NCBI GenBank assembly: GCA_964036045.1
Contig: OZ038378.1
Location: forward strand, 17,546,001-17,610,000
DNA length: 64,000 nt
Direction: 5' to 3'
DNA from: Eutreptiella sp. 'Long Island Sound 2002'
Taxonomy: Eukaryota; Protista; Euglenida
A model generated the notes under the pieces. The model saw nothing but the letters and a program-made list of their open reading frames with translations. It did no database searches and was not told the DNA's origin. Of the stretch, positions 37,101-49,100 are shown piece by piece; within the stretch, counting starts at the first letter, position 1, and every line of letters starts with the position of its first letter. Both the position numbers and the translations under genes were made by a program.

Positions 37101-40100
37101 TGCATTGTGTGTCGTAGTGACTGTGCAGACTTGGTAGCGACGTGGCGTACGGGGTAGGGATGCATTTTGGTGCTGTGTGGGCAATCGGACAACGGTGGGG
37201 CGTGTACATTGGTGCACGTCAGCAGGCGCTGTAGGATGGGGGCTGCGGTTATATGATTGTTTGATGTTGGACGCCACGTCCACGCTTTGCAGTGCTGTGG
37301 AACTGCGCGTGCTGTTCCCTGTGGTGCCCTGGAGCGTGTTGTGTGTGTGTAGCGGCCAGTTGCACTCATCACGGTCCATGTGCAGTCCCGAAGCAAGGTG
37401 TGGATGGTCCATCTGGACCGGGCGCTGGCATACCGCATGACGACGCCATGATGATGTCTGCATTCGGTCGAAATCCTCGTGCGGATCTGATGGACAGTGT
37501 TGTAGGTTTGAATGCCGCACGCTGCAGTGTGAACGGTGGTCTGATTTGTTGTGCGATGTCATACGTCTCATGCGAGATGCGTGTGCCTTGTTCACACTGT
37601 GCAAGGCCCAATGGGCAGGGGCACATATACACAGGGCAAGGGCATACGGGGTAATAGCACATGCATTTATTTGGTGGCGGCGATCAGCACACGATAGTGA
37701 GTGGCGGGCCGCTGTGGGTGGGCACAACTGTGCAAGTGGGTGCCATATGTGAGGTTGCCCTGTGCAGGACTGGTTGATGCAGATGGTTTGTGATATTGCA
37801 TTGCGGGTCCGGTTCGGCGTAGTTGTAGATTGTGGGTCGCTTTGACGACCTCGTCATTGGTATTTCCACGTGGCGTGGTGTGTGTACAGGCCCCAGGCAA
37901 GGAGCCAATGGTCCAGGTGGCCTTGGAGCCGGCCGGACTCCTGCAGATGATGCTGACATGATGTCTGCGTTTGGCAAACCTCCCAATGCGGATCTGATGG
38001 ACAGCAGTCGCGGTATGACCGGTTCATGCATTGTCGCCTGGTGGCGTGCAGGGGCTTGCGTGTGTGTGATTGCGGTTTTGCGAGTCATAGCGGAATGAGG
38101 AAGCATGGGGAATGGTTGATGCGTGATGCATCGGGCAGTGATACAGATTGTCATGCTAGGGCGTGGTATGGGTTGTAGAATGGACACGGGGTGATGGGTT
38201 TTGATCTGCTTTCATTGACCAGGATGATGTCCCTGTGCGAGTGCGCTGGGCTTTGCATTGTGTGTCGGAGTGACTGTGCAGACTTGGTAGCGACGTGGCG
38301 TACGGCGTAGGGATGCAAATTTTATTTCTGGTGCTGTGTGGGCAATCGGACAACGGTGGGGCGTGTACATTGGTGCACGTCAGCAGGCGCTGTAGGATGG
38401 GGGCTGCGGTTATATGATTGTTTGATGTTGGACGCCACGTCCACGCTTTGCAGTGCTGTGGAACTGCGCGTGCAGTTCCCTGTGGTGCCCTGGAGCGTGT
38501 TGTGTGTGTGTAGCGGCCAGTTGCACTCATCACGGTCCATGTGCAGTCCCGAAGCAAGGTGCGGATGGTCCATCTGGACCGGGCGCTGGCATACCGCATG
38601 ACGACGCCATGATGATGTCTGCATTCGGTCGAAATCCTCGTGCGGATCTGATGGACAGTGTTGTAGGTTTGAATGCCGCACGCTGCAGTGTGAACGGTGG
38701 TCTGATTTGTTGCGCGATGTCATACGTCTCATGCGAGACGCGTGTGCTTTGTTCACACTGTGCAAGGCCCAAGGGGCAGGGGCACATATACACAGGGCAA
38801 GGGCATACGGGGTAATAGCACATGCATTTATTTGGTGGGGGCGATCAGCACACGATAGTGAGTGGCGGGCGGCTGTGGATGGGCACAACTGTGCAAGTGG
38901 GTGCCATATGTGAGGTTGCCCTGTGCAGGACTGGTTGATGCAGATGGTTTGTGATATTGCATTGCGGGTCCGGTTCGGCGTAGTTGTAGATTGTGGGTCG
39001 CTTTGACGTCCTCGTCATTGGTATTTCCACGTGGCGTGGTGTGTGTACAGGCCCCAGGCAAGGAGCCAATGGTCCAGGTGGCCTTGGAGCCGGCCGGACT
39101 CCTGCAGATGATGCTGACATGATGTCTGCGTTTGGCAAACCTCCCAATGCGGATCTGATGGACAGCAGTCGCGGTATGACCGGTTCATGCATTGTCGCCT
39201 GGTGGCGTGCAGGGGCTTGCGTGTGTGTGATTGCGGTTTTGTGAGTCATAGCGGAATGAGGAAGCATGGGGAATGATTGATGCGTGATGCATCGGGCAGT
39301 GATACAGATTGTCATGCTAGGGCGTGGTATGGGTTGTAGAATGGACACGGGGTGATGGGTTTTGATCTGCTTTCATTGACCAGGATGATGTCCCTGTGCG
39401 AGTGCGCTGGGCTTTGCATTGTGTGTCGGAGTGACTGTGCAGACTTGGTAGCGACGTTGCGTACAGGGTAGGGATGCATTTTGGTGCTGTGTGGGCAATC
39501 GGACAACGGTGGGGCGTGTACATTGGTGCACGTCAGCAGGCGCTGTAGGATGGGGGCTGCGGTTATATGATTGTTTAATGTTGGACGCCACGTCCACGCT
39601 TTGCAGTGCTGTGGAACTGCGCGTGCTGTTCCCTGTGGTGCCCTGGAGCGTGTTGTGTGTGTGTAGCGGCCAGTTGCACTCATCACGGTCCATGTGCAGT
39701 CCCGAAGCAAGGTGCGGATGGTCCATCTGGACCGGGCGCTGGCATACCGCATGACGACGCCATGATGATGTCTGCATTCGGTCGAAATCCTCTTGCGGAT
39801 CTGATGGACAGTGTTGTAGGTTTGAATGCCGCACGCTGCAGTGTGAACGGTGGTCTGATTTGTTGTGCGATGTCATACGTCTCATGCGAGATGCGTGTGC
39901 CTTGTTCACACTGTGCAAGGCCCAAGGGGCAGGGGCACATATACACAGGGCAAGGGCATACGGGGTAATAGTGCATGCATTTATTTGGTGGGGGCGATCA
40001 GCACACGATAGTGAGTGGCGGGCGGCTGTGGATGGGCACAACTGTGCAAGTGGGTGCCATATGTGAGGTTGCCCTGTGCAGGACTGGTTGATGCAGATGG

Positions 40101-43100
40101 TTTGTGATATTGCATTGCGGGTCCGGTTCGGCGTAGTTGTAGATTGTGGGTCGCTTTGACAACCTCGTCATTGGTATTTCCACGTGGCGTGGTGTGTGTA
40201 CAGGCCCCAGGCAAGGAGCCAATGGTCCAGGTGGCCTTGGAGCCGGCCGGACTCCGGCAGATGATGCTGACATGATGTCTGCGTTTGGCAAACCTCCCAA
40301 TGCGGATCTGATGGACAGCAGTCGCGGTATGACCGGTTCATGCATTGTCGCCTGGTGGCGTGCAGGGGCTTGCGTGTGTGTGATTGCGGTTTTGCGAGTC
40401 ATAGCGGAATGAGGAAGCATGGGGAATGGTTGATGCGTGATGCATCGGGCAGTGGTACAGATTGTCATGCTAGGGAGTGGTATGGGTTGTAGAATGGACA
40501 CGGGGTGATGGGTTTTGATCTGCTTTCATTGACCAGGATGATGTCCCTGTGCGAGTGCGCTGGGCTTTGCATTTGTGTGTCGGAGTGACTGTGCAGACTT
40601 GGTAGCGACGTGGCGTACGGGGTAGGGATGCATTTTGGTGCTGTGTGGGCAATCGGACAACGGTGGGGCGTGTACATTGGTGCACGTCAGCAGGCGCTGT
40701 AGGATGGGGGCTGCGGTTATATGATTGTTTGATGTTGGACGCCACGTCCACGCTTTGCAGTGCTGTGGAACTGCGCGTGCTGTTCCCTGTGTTGCCCTGG
40801 AGCGTGTTGTGTGTGTGTAGTGCCGCCAGTTGCACTCATCACGGTCCATGTGCAGTCCCGAAGCAAGGTGCGGATGGTCCATCTGGACCGGGCGCTGGCA
40901 TACCGCATGACGACGCCATGATGATGTCTGCATTCGGTCGAAATCCTCGTGCGGATCTGATGGACAGTGTTGTAGGTTTGAATGCCGCACGCTGCAGTGT
41001 GAACGGTGGTCTGATTTGTTGTGCGATGGCATACGTCTCATGCGAGACGCATGTGCCTTGTTCACACTGTGCAAGGCCCAAGGAGCAGGGGCACATATAC
41101 ACAGGGCAAGGGCATACGGGGTAATAGTGCATGCATTTATTTGGTGGGGGCGATCAGCACACGATAGTGAGTGGCGGGCGGCTGTGGATGGGCACAACTG
41201 TGCAAGTGGGTGCCATATGTGAGGTTGCCCTGTGCAGGAATGGTTGATGCAGATGGTTTGTGATATTGCATTGCGGGTCCGGTTCGGCGTAGTTGTAGAT
41301 TGTGGGTCGCTTTGACGTCCTCGTCATTGGTATTTCCACGTGGCGTGGTGTGTGTACAGGCCCCAGGCAAGGAGCCAATGGTCCAGGTGGCCTTGGAGCC
41401 GGCCGGACTCCTGCAGATGATGCTGACATGATGTCTGCGTTTGGCAAACCTCCCAATGCGGATCTGATGGACAGCAGTCGCGGTATGACCGGTTCATGCA
41501 TTGTCGCCTGGTGGCGTGCAGGGGCTTGCGTGTGTGTGATTGCGGTTTTGCGAGTCATAGCGGAATGAGGAAGCATGGGGAATGGTTGATGCGTGATGCA
41601 TCGGGCAGTGGTACAGATTGTCATGCTAGGGCGTGGTATGGGTTGTAGAATGGACACGGGGTGATGAGTTTTGATCTGCTTTCATTGACCAGGATGATGT
41701 CCCTGTGCGAGTGCGCTGGGCTTTGCATTTGTGTGTCGGAGTGACTGTGCAGACTTGGTAGCGACGTGGCGTACGGGGTAGGGATGCATTTTGGTGCTGT
41801 GTGGGCAATCGGACAACGGTGGGGCGTGTACATTGGTGCACGTCAGCAGGCGCTGTAGGATGGGGGCTGCGGTTATATGATTGTTTAATGTTGGACGCCA
41901 CGTCCACGCTTTGCAGTGCTGTGGAACTGCGCGTGCAGTTCCCTGTGGTGCCCTGGAGTGTGTTGTGTGTGTGTAGCGGCCAGTTGCACTCATCACGGTC
42001 CATGTGCAGTCCCGAAGCAAGGTGCGGATGGTCCATCTGGACCGGGCGCTGGCATACCGCATGACGACGCCATGATGATGTCTGCATTCGGTCGAAATCC
42101 TCGTGCGGATCTGATGGACAGTGTTGTAGGTTTGAATGCCGCACGCTGCAGTGTGAACGGTGGTCTGATTTGTTGCGCGATGTCATACGTCTCATGCGAG
42201 ACGCGTGTGCTTTGTTCACACTGTGCAAGGCCCAAGGAGCAGGGGCACATACACACAGGGCAAGGGCATACGGGGTAATAGTGCATGCATTTATTTGGTG
42301 GCGGCGATCAGCACACGATAGTGAGTGGCGGGCGGCTGTGGATGGGCACAACTGTGCAAGTGGGTGCCATATGTGAGGTTGCCCTGTGCAGGACTGGTTG
42401 ATGCAGATGGTTTGTGATATTGCATTGCGGGTCCGGTTCGGCGTAGTTGTAGATTGTGGGTCGCTTTGACGACCTCGTCATTGGTATTTCCACGTGGCGT
42501 GGTGTGTGTACAGGCCCCAGGCAAGGAGCCAATGGTCCAGGTGGCCTTGGAGCCGGCCGGACTCCTGCAGATGATGCTGACATGATGTCTGCGTTTGGCA
42601 AACCTCCCAATGCGGATCTGATGGACAGCAGTCGCGGTATGACCGGTTCATGCATTGTCGCCTGGTGGCGTGCAGGGGCTTGCGTGTGTGTGATTGCGGT
42701 TTTGCGAGTCATAGCGGAATGAGGAAGCATGGGGAATGATTGATGCGTGATGCATCGGGCAGTGGTACAGATTGTCATGCTAGGGCGTGGTATGGGTTGT
42801 AGAATGGACACGGGGTGATGAGTTTTGATCTGCTTTCATTGACCAGGATGATGTCCCTGTGCGAGTGCGCTGGGCTTTGCATTTGTGTGTCGGAGTGACT
42901 ATGCAGACTTGGTAGCGACGTGGCGTACGGGGTAGGGATGCATTTTGGTGCTGTGTGGGCAATCGGACAACGGTGGGGCGTGTACATTGGTGCACGTCAG
43001 CAGGCGCTGTAGGATGGGGGCTGCGGTTATATGATTGTTTGATGTTGGACGCCACGTCCACGCTTTGCAGTGCTGTGGAACTGCGCGTGCTGTTCCCTGT

Positions 43101-46100
43101 GGTGCCCTGGAGCGTGTTGTGTGTGTGTAGCGGCCAGTTGCACTCATCACGGTCCATGTGCAGTCCCGAAGCAAGGTGCGGATGGTCCATCTGGACCGGG
43201 CGCTGGCATACCGCATGACGACGCCATGATGATGTCTGCATTCGGTCGAAATCCTCGTGCGGATCTGATGGACAGTGTTGTAGGTTTGAATGCCGCACGC
43301 TGCAGTGTGAACGGTGGTCTGATTTGTTGCGCGATGTCATACGTCTCATGCGAGACGCGTGTGCTTTGTTCACACTGTGCAAGGCCCAAGGGGCAGGGGC
43401 ACATACACACAGGGCAAGGGCATACGGGGTAATAGTGCATGCATTTATTTGGTGGCGGCGATCAGCACACGATAGTGAGTGGCGGGCGGCTGTGGATGGG
43501 CACAACTGTGCAAGTGGGTGCCATATCTCTCGGGGACATTCATAATATGCCAACGCGGAGCAAATTCGTGTATTTTCAGGGTTTTCACCATTTTTCGTCC
43601 AGAGCACCAAAATTTCATTCCGTAGGGGGGCGTATGTGTGTACTTTTTGAAATCTGTGAGAAAAGGCCATTTCAGAAATGCATGGGTTAGGGGGGGGTAG
43701 CTGACGATATTTTTGAGCATCGAGGCCAAACTTTTCGTTGTTTGCACGATTTTCGACCCCAGGTTGCTGCAAAGTCGGCACGCAAACATGCACTGAATGT
43801 TTCACACTTGCTTATTCCGAATCGTCATTTGCGCTGTCTTTTTCAGGCAGGGCTGGGACCCCATTTGGGCAGACATCACCATGCTTATTGTTAGGAACAT
43901 ATTTTTTCAGCTTTTGCCAATCCTGCAACCTGCGGCTCTTTACCGGTACCCACCCTGAATTCAGAGGCATTGCCCAGAGACCATCTGTTGTGAGGTCAAC
44001 ATTCCGTTGCTTGGTCAGCCTCACCTTGCGCCACTCAATGGACTCGCTGTACCCTGCTTTCATCCAGGTAAAACCAGGGTGAGGGGAAAGGCTGCCCTCA
44101 TCAGGGGTGGTGCCAAAATCCAACCACTTGATTTTGTGGTCCCGAATCAACACAGGTTTTTTATGCTGGTCCAAATGGTCGGACGACGATGCGTAGGCAC
44201 CTGCCAGCCAACGGCTGACGTCCCAGAAATCATTTCTGGTCAGGATGCGCAGTTTTCTGACGAATCGTTGTTTGTTGCGCACCACATGCTGGATTGTTAG
44301 GCCAGCCATATCTGTTAGACCATAATAGTAATCCACATTCTGCAGGGCGCGGTCCATGGCACGTGATGCGGCATCGCACAGGTTGTACGAGTGGCCCTTA
44401 ATGAAAATGCACCACGAAACGCGATGGAACCAGCGCCACTGCACTAGTTTTTACAAATAGCTTACAAAAATTCCAATTCAGGAACTCAGAACAACAACCG
44501 TCAGTATGAATAAAAAGGTGGCCAGCCCCAGTGGAGCACCGATACAGCTCCCCAATGAGGGCTGAGGCGGTTTCGTTAAAACCCTTCCCAGCCACGTATT
44601 CTGGCCACACCATCACCGTATCAATGCCAACAGTGGTGCGGTGCACCACCAGGCGGTGGGCCTTCAACTCTGACGTGTACCATTTCTCGCCGACGGGCAG
44701 TTTCAAGAGACTCATTGCTTTGCTGTAGTCCAAAACAATGTGCTCTGCCCGGTCACTGTGGCGAACCCCAGGGGTGGTATACGTCGTCAATTTCGCTGAA
44801 CCCCAGGTCTGCATGCTGTACTGACCATGGTACTTGTTTCGGTCGTATCCCTCGCTGGCCAATCGTAAATGCGTGGCCTGCTGGTGCTGAAGTTTGGCCT
44901 GAAAATGGGCAAAAAACAGCGGCACAGACGAAACAAAAAGAAACGAAAACGGAGGATCGCAGGGGTGGAGCATAACAACCTTCAAAGCAGGTGGGGCTGT
45001 CCGGATTTGAAGGTTGTACAGCTCACACTCGGCACACGTATCCTTCAGCGGTGCTTGGTATCCCAACTTAAACGTTTTCATTGTTCGCTGTGCCGTTTTC
45101 AGTGAAATCTGAGGCTGGAAATCTGCTTTGCCTCGCTTTGCAAACTGGTCCGGCTCCTCGTTTTGCAGCCAGTGGATCCAAACATTATATGGGGAAGCGC
45201 GGCGTCCACCGACCGGGGCCAAATGCACCGTGTCCGTGTTTGCACGTGCGGCGTCGCTGAAACGGTTCTCAGCTTGCGGCAGGCCCTGCAGAAATTTCTC
45301 AAACCTCAATTTGACCGGGGCAGCTCGCCGGGTGTTGACCACAGCCTTTTTCTCTGGACTCCTCATGGGACTCAGGGGGGTGGCAATGGCCGCGGCTGCT
45401 TTGGCTTTGGCCACAGACTCCACAACGATGCGACTGATCTTGAAATAGTGGAGGAACTGGGTCTTACAAATTTGTCGCCGCGACCCACGGTACGTTACAA
45501 AATACGTTGTCTGGTGCCCCCTCTTCCTGGTGTACTTCTGGCGACCTGCATGTTTCACATTTTGCTCCAAAGTGACGTCGATGCAGGTAGCCAGAAATTC
45601 TTGTTGCGAAGCCTTGGTGGGGTGAGTCTTTTTATCCCAAAACTGGGCTGCAAAAGCCGCGGCCTCAGTAGTGGATAAAATGTCGTGCTCTGCGTGGTCG
45701 CATGCAGGCTGCTGTGACCCACCTGTACGAGGCTTTTTGGCGCGCGGGTCAGGCTGCCGGGTCACCCGCACCCAATTTTCACCCGCAGAGCGCGCTCTTT
45801 TTCGCACCAAAGGTTTCAGTGGCGCATCAGGGGAAGCAACAGCACGTTGTGTGAATTTGTATGACGACATGGTGGCTGCCTGTTAACAAAAATAGGCAGC
45901 GGGCAACACAGGCACCGTCCAAAGCGGACAAAAATCTCAAACATGTCGTTAGCACAGCATGCAAACCTGGGGTGTTCCGAATAGCCCTTTTCAAGGGCTT
46001 TCCGAAAATGACCCACATACCCCCCCCAACCGGACACTCAGCGGGCACAAATGAGGCCACAAAGGCACCAACCCCTGAAAACGCTCCGTGTTGGCATGAA

Positions 46101-49100
46101 ACCGGATGTCCCCGAGAGATATGTGAGGTTGCCCTGTGCAGGACTGGTTGATGCAGATGGTTTGTGATATTGCATTGCGGGTCCGGTTCGGCGTAGTTGT
46201 AGATTGTGGGTCGCTTTGACGTCCTCGTCATTGGTATTTCCACGTGGCGTGGTGTGTGTACAGGCCCCAGGCAAGGAGCCAATGGTCCAGGTGGCCTTGG
46301 AGCCGGCCGGACTCCTGCAGATGATGCTGACATGATGTCTGCGTTTGGCAAACCTCCCAATGCGGATCTGATGGACAGCAGTCGCGGTATGACCGGTTCA
46401 TGCATTGTCGCCTGGTGGCGTGCAGGGGCTTGCGTGTGTGTGATTGCGGTTTTGCGAGTCATAGCGGAATGAGGAAGCATGGGGAATGGTTGATGCGTGA
46501 TGCATCGGGCAGTGGTACAGATTGTCATGCTAGGGCGTGGTATGGGTTGTAGAATGGACACGGGGTGATGGGTTTTGATCTGCTTTCATTGACCAGGATG
46601 ATGTCCCTGTGCGAGTGCGCTGGGCTTTGCATTTGTGTGTCGGAGTGACTGTGCAGACTTGGTAGCGACGTGGCGTACGGGGTAGGGATGCATTTTGGTG
46701 CTGTGTGGGCAATCGGACAACGGTGGGGCGTGTACATTGGTGCACGTCAGCAGGCGCTGTAGGATGGGGGCTGCGGTTATATGATTGTTTAATGTTGGAC
46801 GCCACGTCCACGCTTTGCAGTGCTGTGGAACTGCGCGTGCTGTTCCCTGTGGTGCCCTGGAGCGTGTTGTGTGTGTGTAGCGGCCAGTTGCACTCATCAC
46901 GGTCCATGTGCAGTCCCGAAGCAAGGTGCGGATGGTCCATCTGGACCGGGCGCTGGCATACCGCATGACGACGCCATGATGATGTCTGCATTCGGTCGAA
47001 ATCCTCGTGCAGATCTGATGGACAGTGTTGTAGGTTTGAATGCCGCACGCTGCAGTGTGAACGGTGGTCTGATTTGTTGCGCGATGTCATACGTCTCATG
47101 CGAGACGCGTGTGCTTTGTTCACACTGTGCAAGGCCCAAGGGGCAGGGGCACATACACACAGGGCAAGGGCATACGGGGTAATAGCACATGCATTTATTT
47201 GGTGGGGGCGATCAGCGCACGATAGTGAGTGGCGGGCGGCTGTGGATGGGCACAACTGTGCAAGTGGGTGCCATATGTGAGGTTGCCCTGTGCAGGACTG
47301 GTTGATGCAGATGGTTTGTGATATTGCATTGCGGGTCCGGTTCGGCGTAGTTGTAGATTGTGGGTCGCTTTGACGACCTCGTCATTGGTATTTCCACGTG
47401 ACGTGGTGTGTGTACAGGCCCCAGGCAAGGAGCCAATGGTCCAGGTGGCCTTGGAGCCGGCCGGACTCCTGCAGATGATGCTGACATGATGTCTGCGTTT
47501 GGCAAACCTCCCAATGCGGATCTGATGGACAGCAGTCGCGGTATGACCGGTTCATGCATTGTCGCCTGGTGGCGTGCAGGGGCTTGCGTGTGTGTGATTG
47601 CGGTTTTGTGAGTCATAGCGGAATGAGGAAGCATGCGGAATGGTTGATGCGTGATGCATCGGGCAGTGATACAGATTGTCATGCTAGGGCGTGGTATGGG
47701 TTGTAGAATGGACACGGGGTGATGGGTTTTGATCTGCTTTCATTGACCAGGATGATGTCCCTGTGCGAGTGCGCTGGGCTTTGCATTGTGTGTCGGAGTG
47801 ACTGTGCAGACTTGGTAGCGACGTGGCGTACGGGGTAGGGATGCATTTTGGTTCTGTGTGGGCAATCGGACAACGGTGGGGCGTGTACATTGGTGCACGT
47901 CAGCAGGCGCTGTAGGATGGGGACTGCGGTTATATGATTGTTTGATGTTGGACGCCACGTCCACGCTTTGCAGTGCTGTGGAACTGCGCGTGCTGTTCCC
48001 TGTGGTGCCCTGGAGCGTGTTGTGTGTGTGTAGCGGCCAGTTGCACTCATCACGGTCCATGTGCAGTCCCGAAGCAAGGTGCGGATGGTCCATCTGGACC
48101 GGGCGCTGGCATACCGCATGACGACGCCATGATGATGTCTGCATTCGGTCGAAATCCTCGTGCAGATCTGATGGACAGTGTTGTAGGTTTGAATGCCGCA
48201 CGCTGCAGTGTGAACGGTGGTCTGATTTGTTGCGCGATGTCATACGTCTCATGCGAGACGCGTGTGCTTTGTTCACACTGTGCAAGGCCCAAGGGGCAGG
48301 GGCACATACACACAGGGCAAGGGCATACGGGGTAATAGCACATGCATTTATTTGGTGGGGGCGATCAGCGCACGATAGTGAGTGGCGGGCGGCTGTGGAT
48401 GGGCACAACTGTGCAAGTGGGTGCCATATGTGAGGTTGCCCTGTGCAGGACTGGTTGATGCAGATGGTTTGTGATATTGCATTGCGGGTCCGGTTCGGCG
48501 TAGTTGTAGATTGTGGGTCGCTTTGACGACCTCGTCATTGGTATTTCCACGTGGCCTGGTGTGTGTACAGGCCCCAGGCAAGGAGCCAATGGTCCAGGTG
48601 GCCTTGGAGCCGGCCGGACTCCTGCAGATGATGCTGACATGATGTCTGCGTTTGGCAAACCTCCCAATGCGGATCTGATGGACAGCAGTCGCGGTATGAC
48701 CGGTTCATGCATTGTCGCCTGGTGGCGTGCAGGGGCTTGCGTGTGTGTGATTGCGGTTTTGCGAGTCATAGCGGAATGAGGAAGCATGGGGAATGATTGA
48801 TGCGTGATGCATCGGGCAGTGGTACAGATTGTCATGCTAGGGCGTGGTATGGGTTGTAGAATGGACACGGGGTGATGGGTTTTGATCTGCTTTCATTGAC
48901 CAGGATGATGTCCCTGTGCGAGTGCGCTGGGCTTTGCATTTGTGTGTCGGAGTGACTGTGCAGACTTGGTAGCGACGTGGCGTACGGGGTAGGGATGCAT
49001 TTTGGTGCTGTGTGGGCAATCGGACAACGGTGGGGCGTGTACATTGGTGCACGTCAGCAGGCGCTGTAGGATGGGGGCTGCGGTTATATGATTGTTTAAT

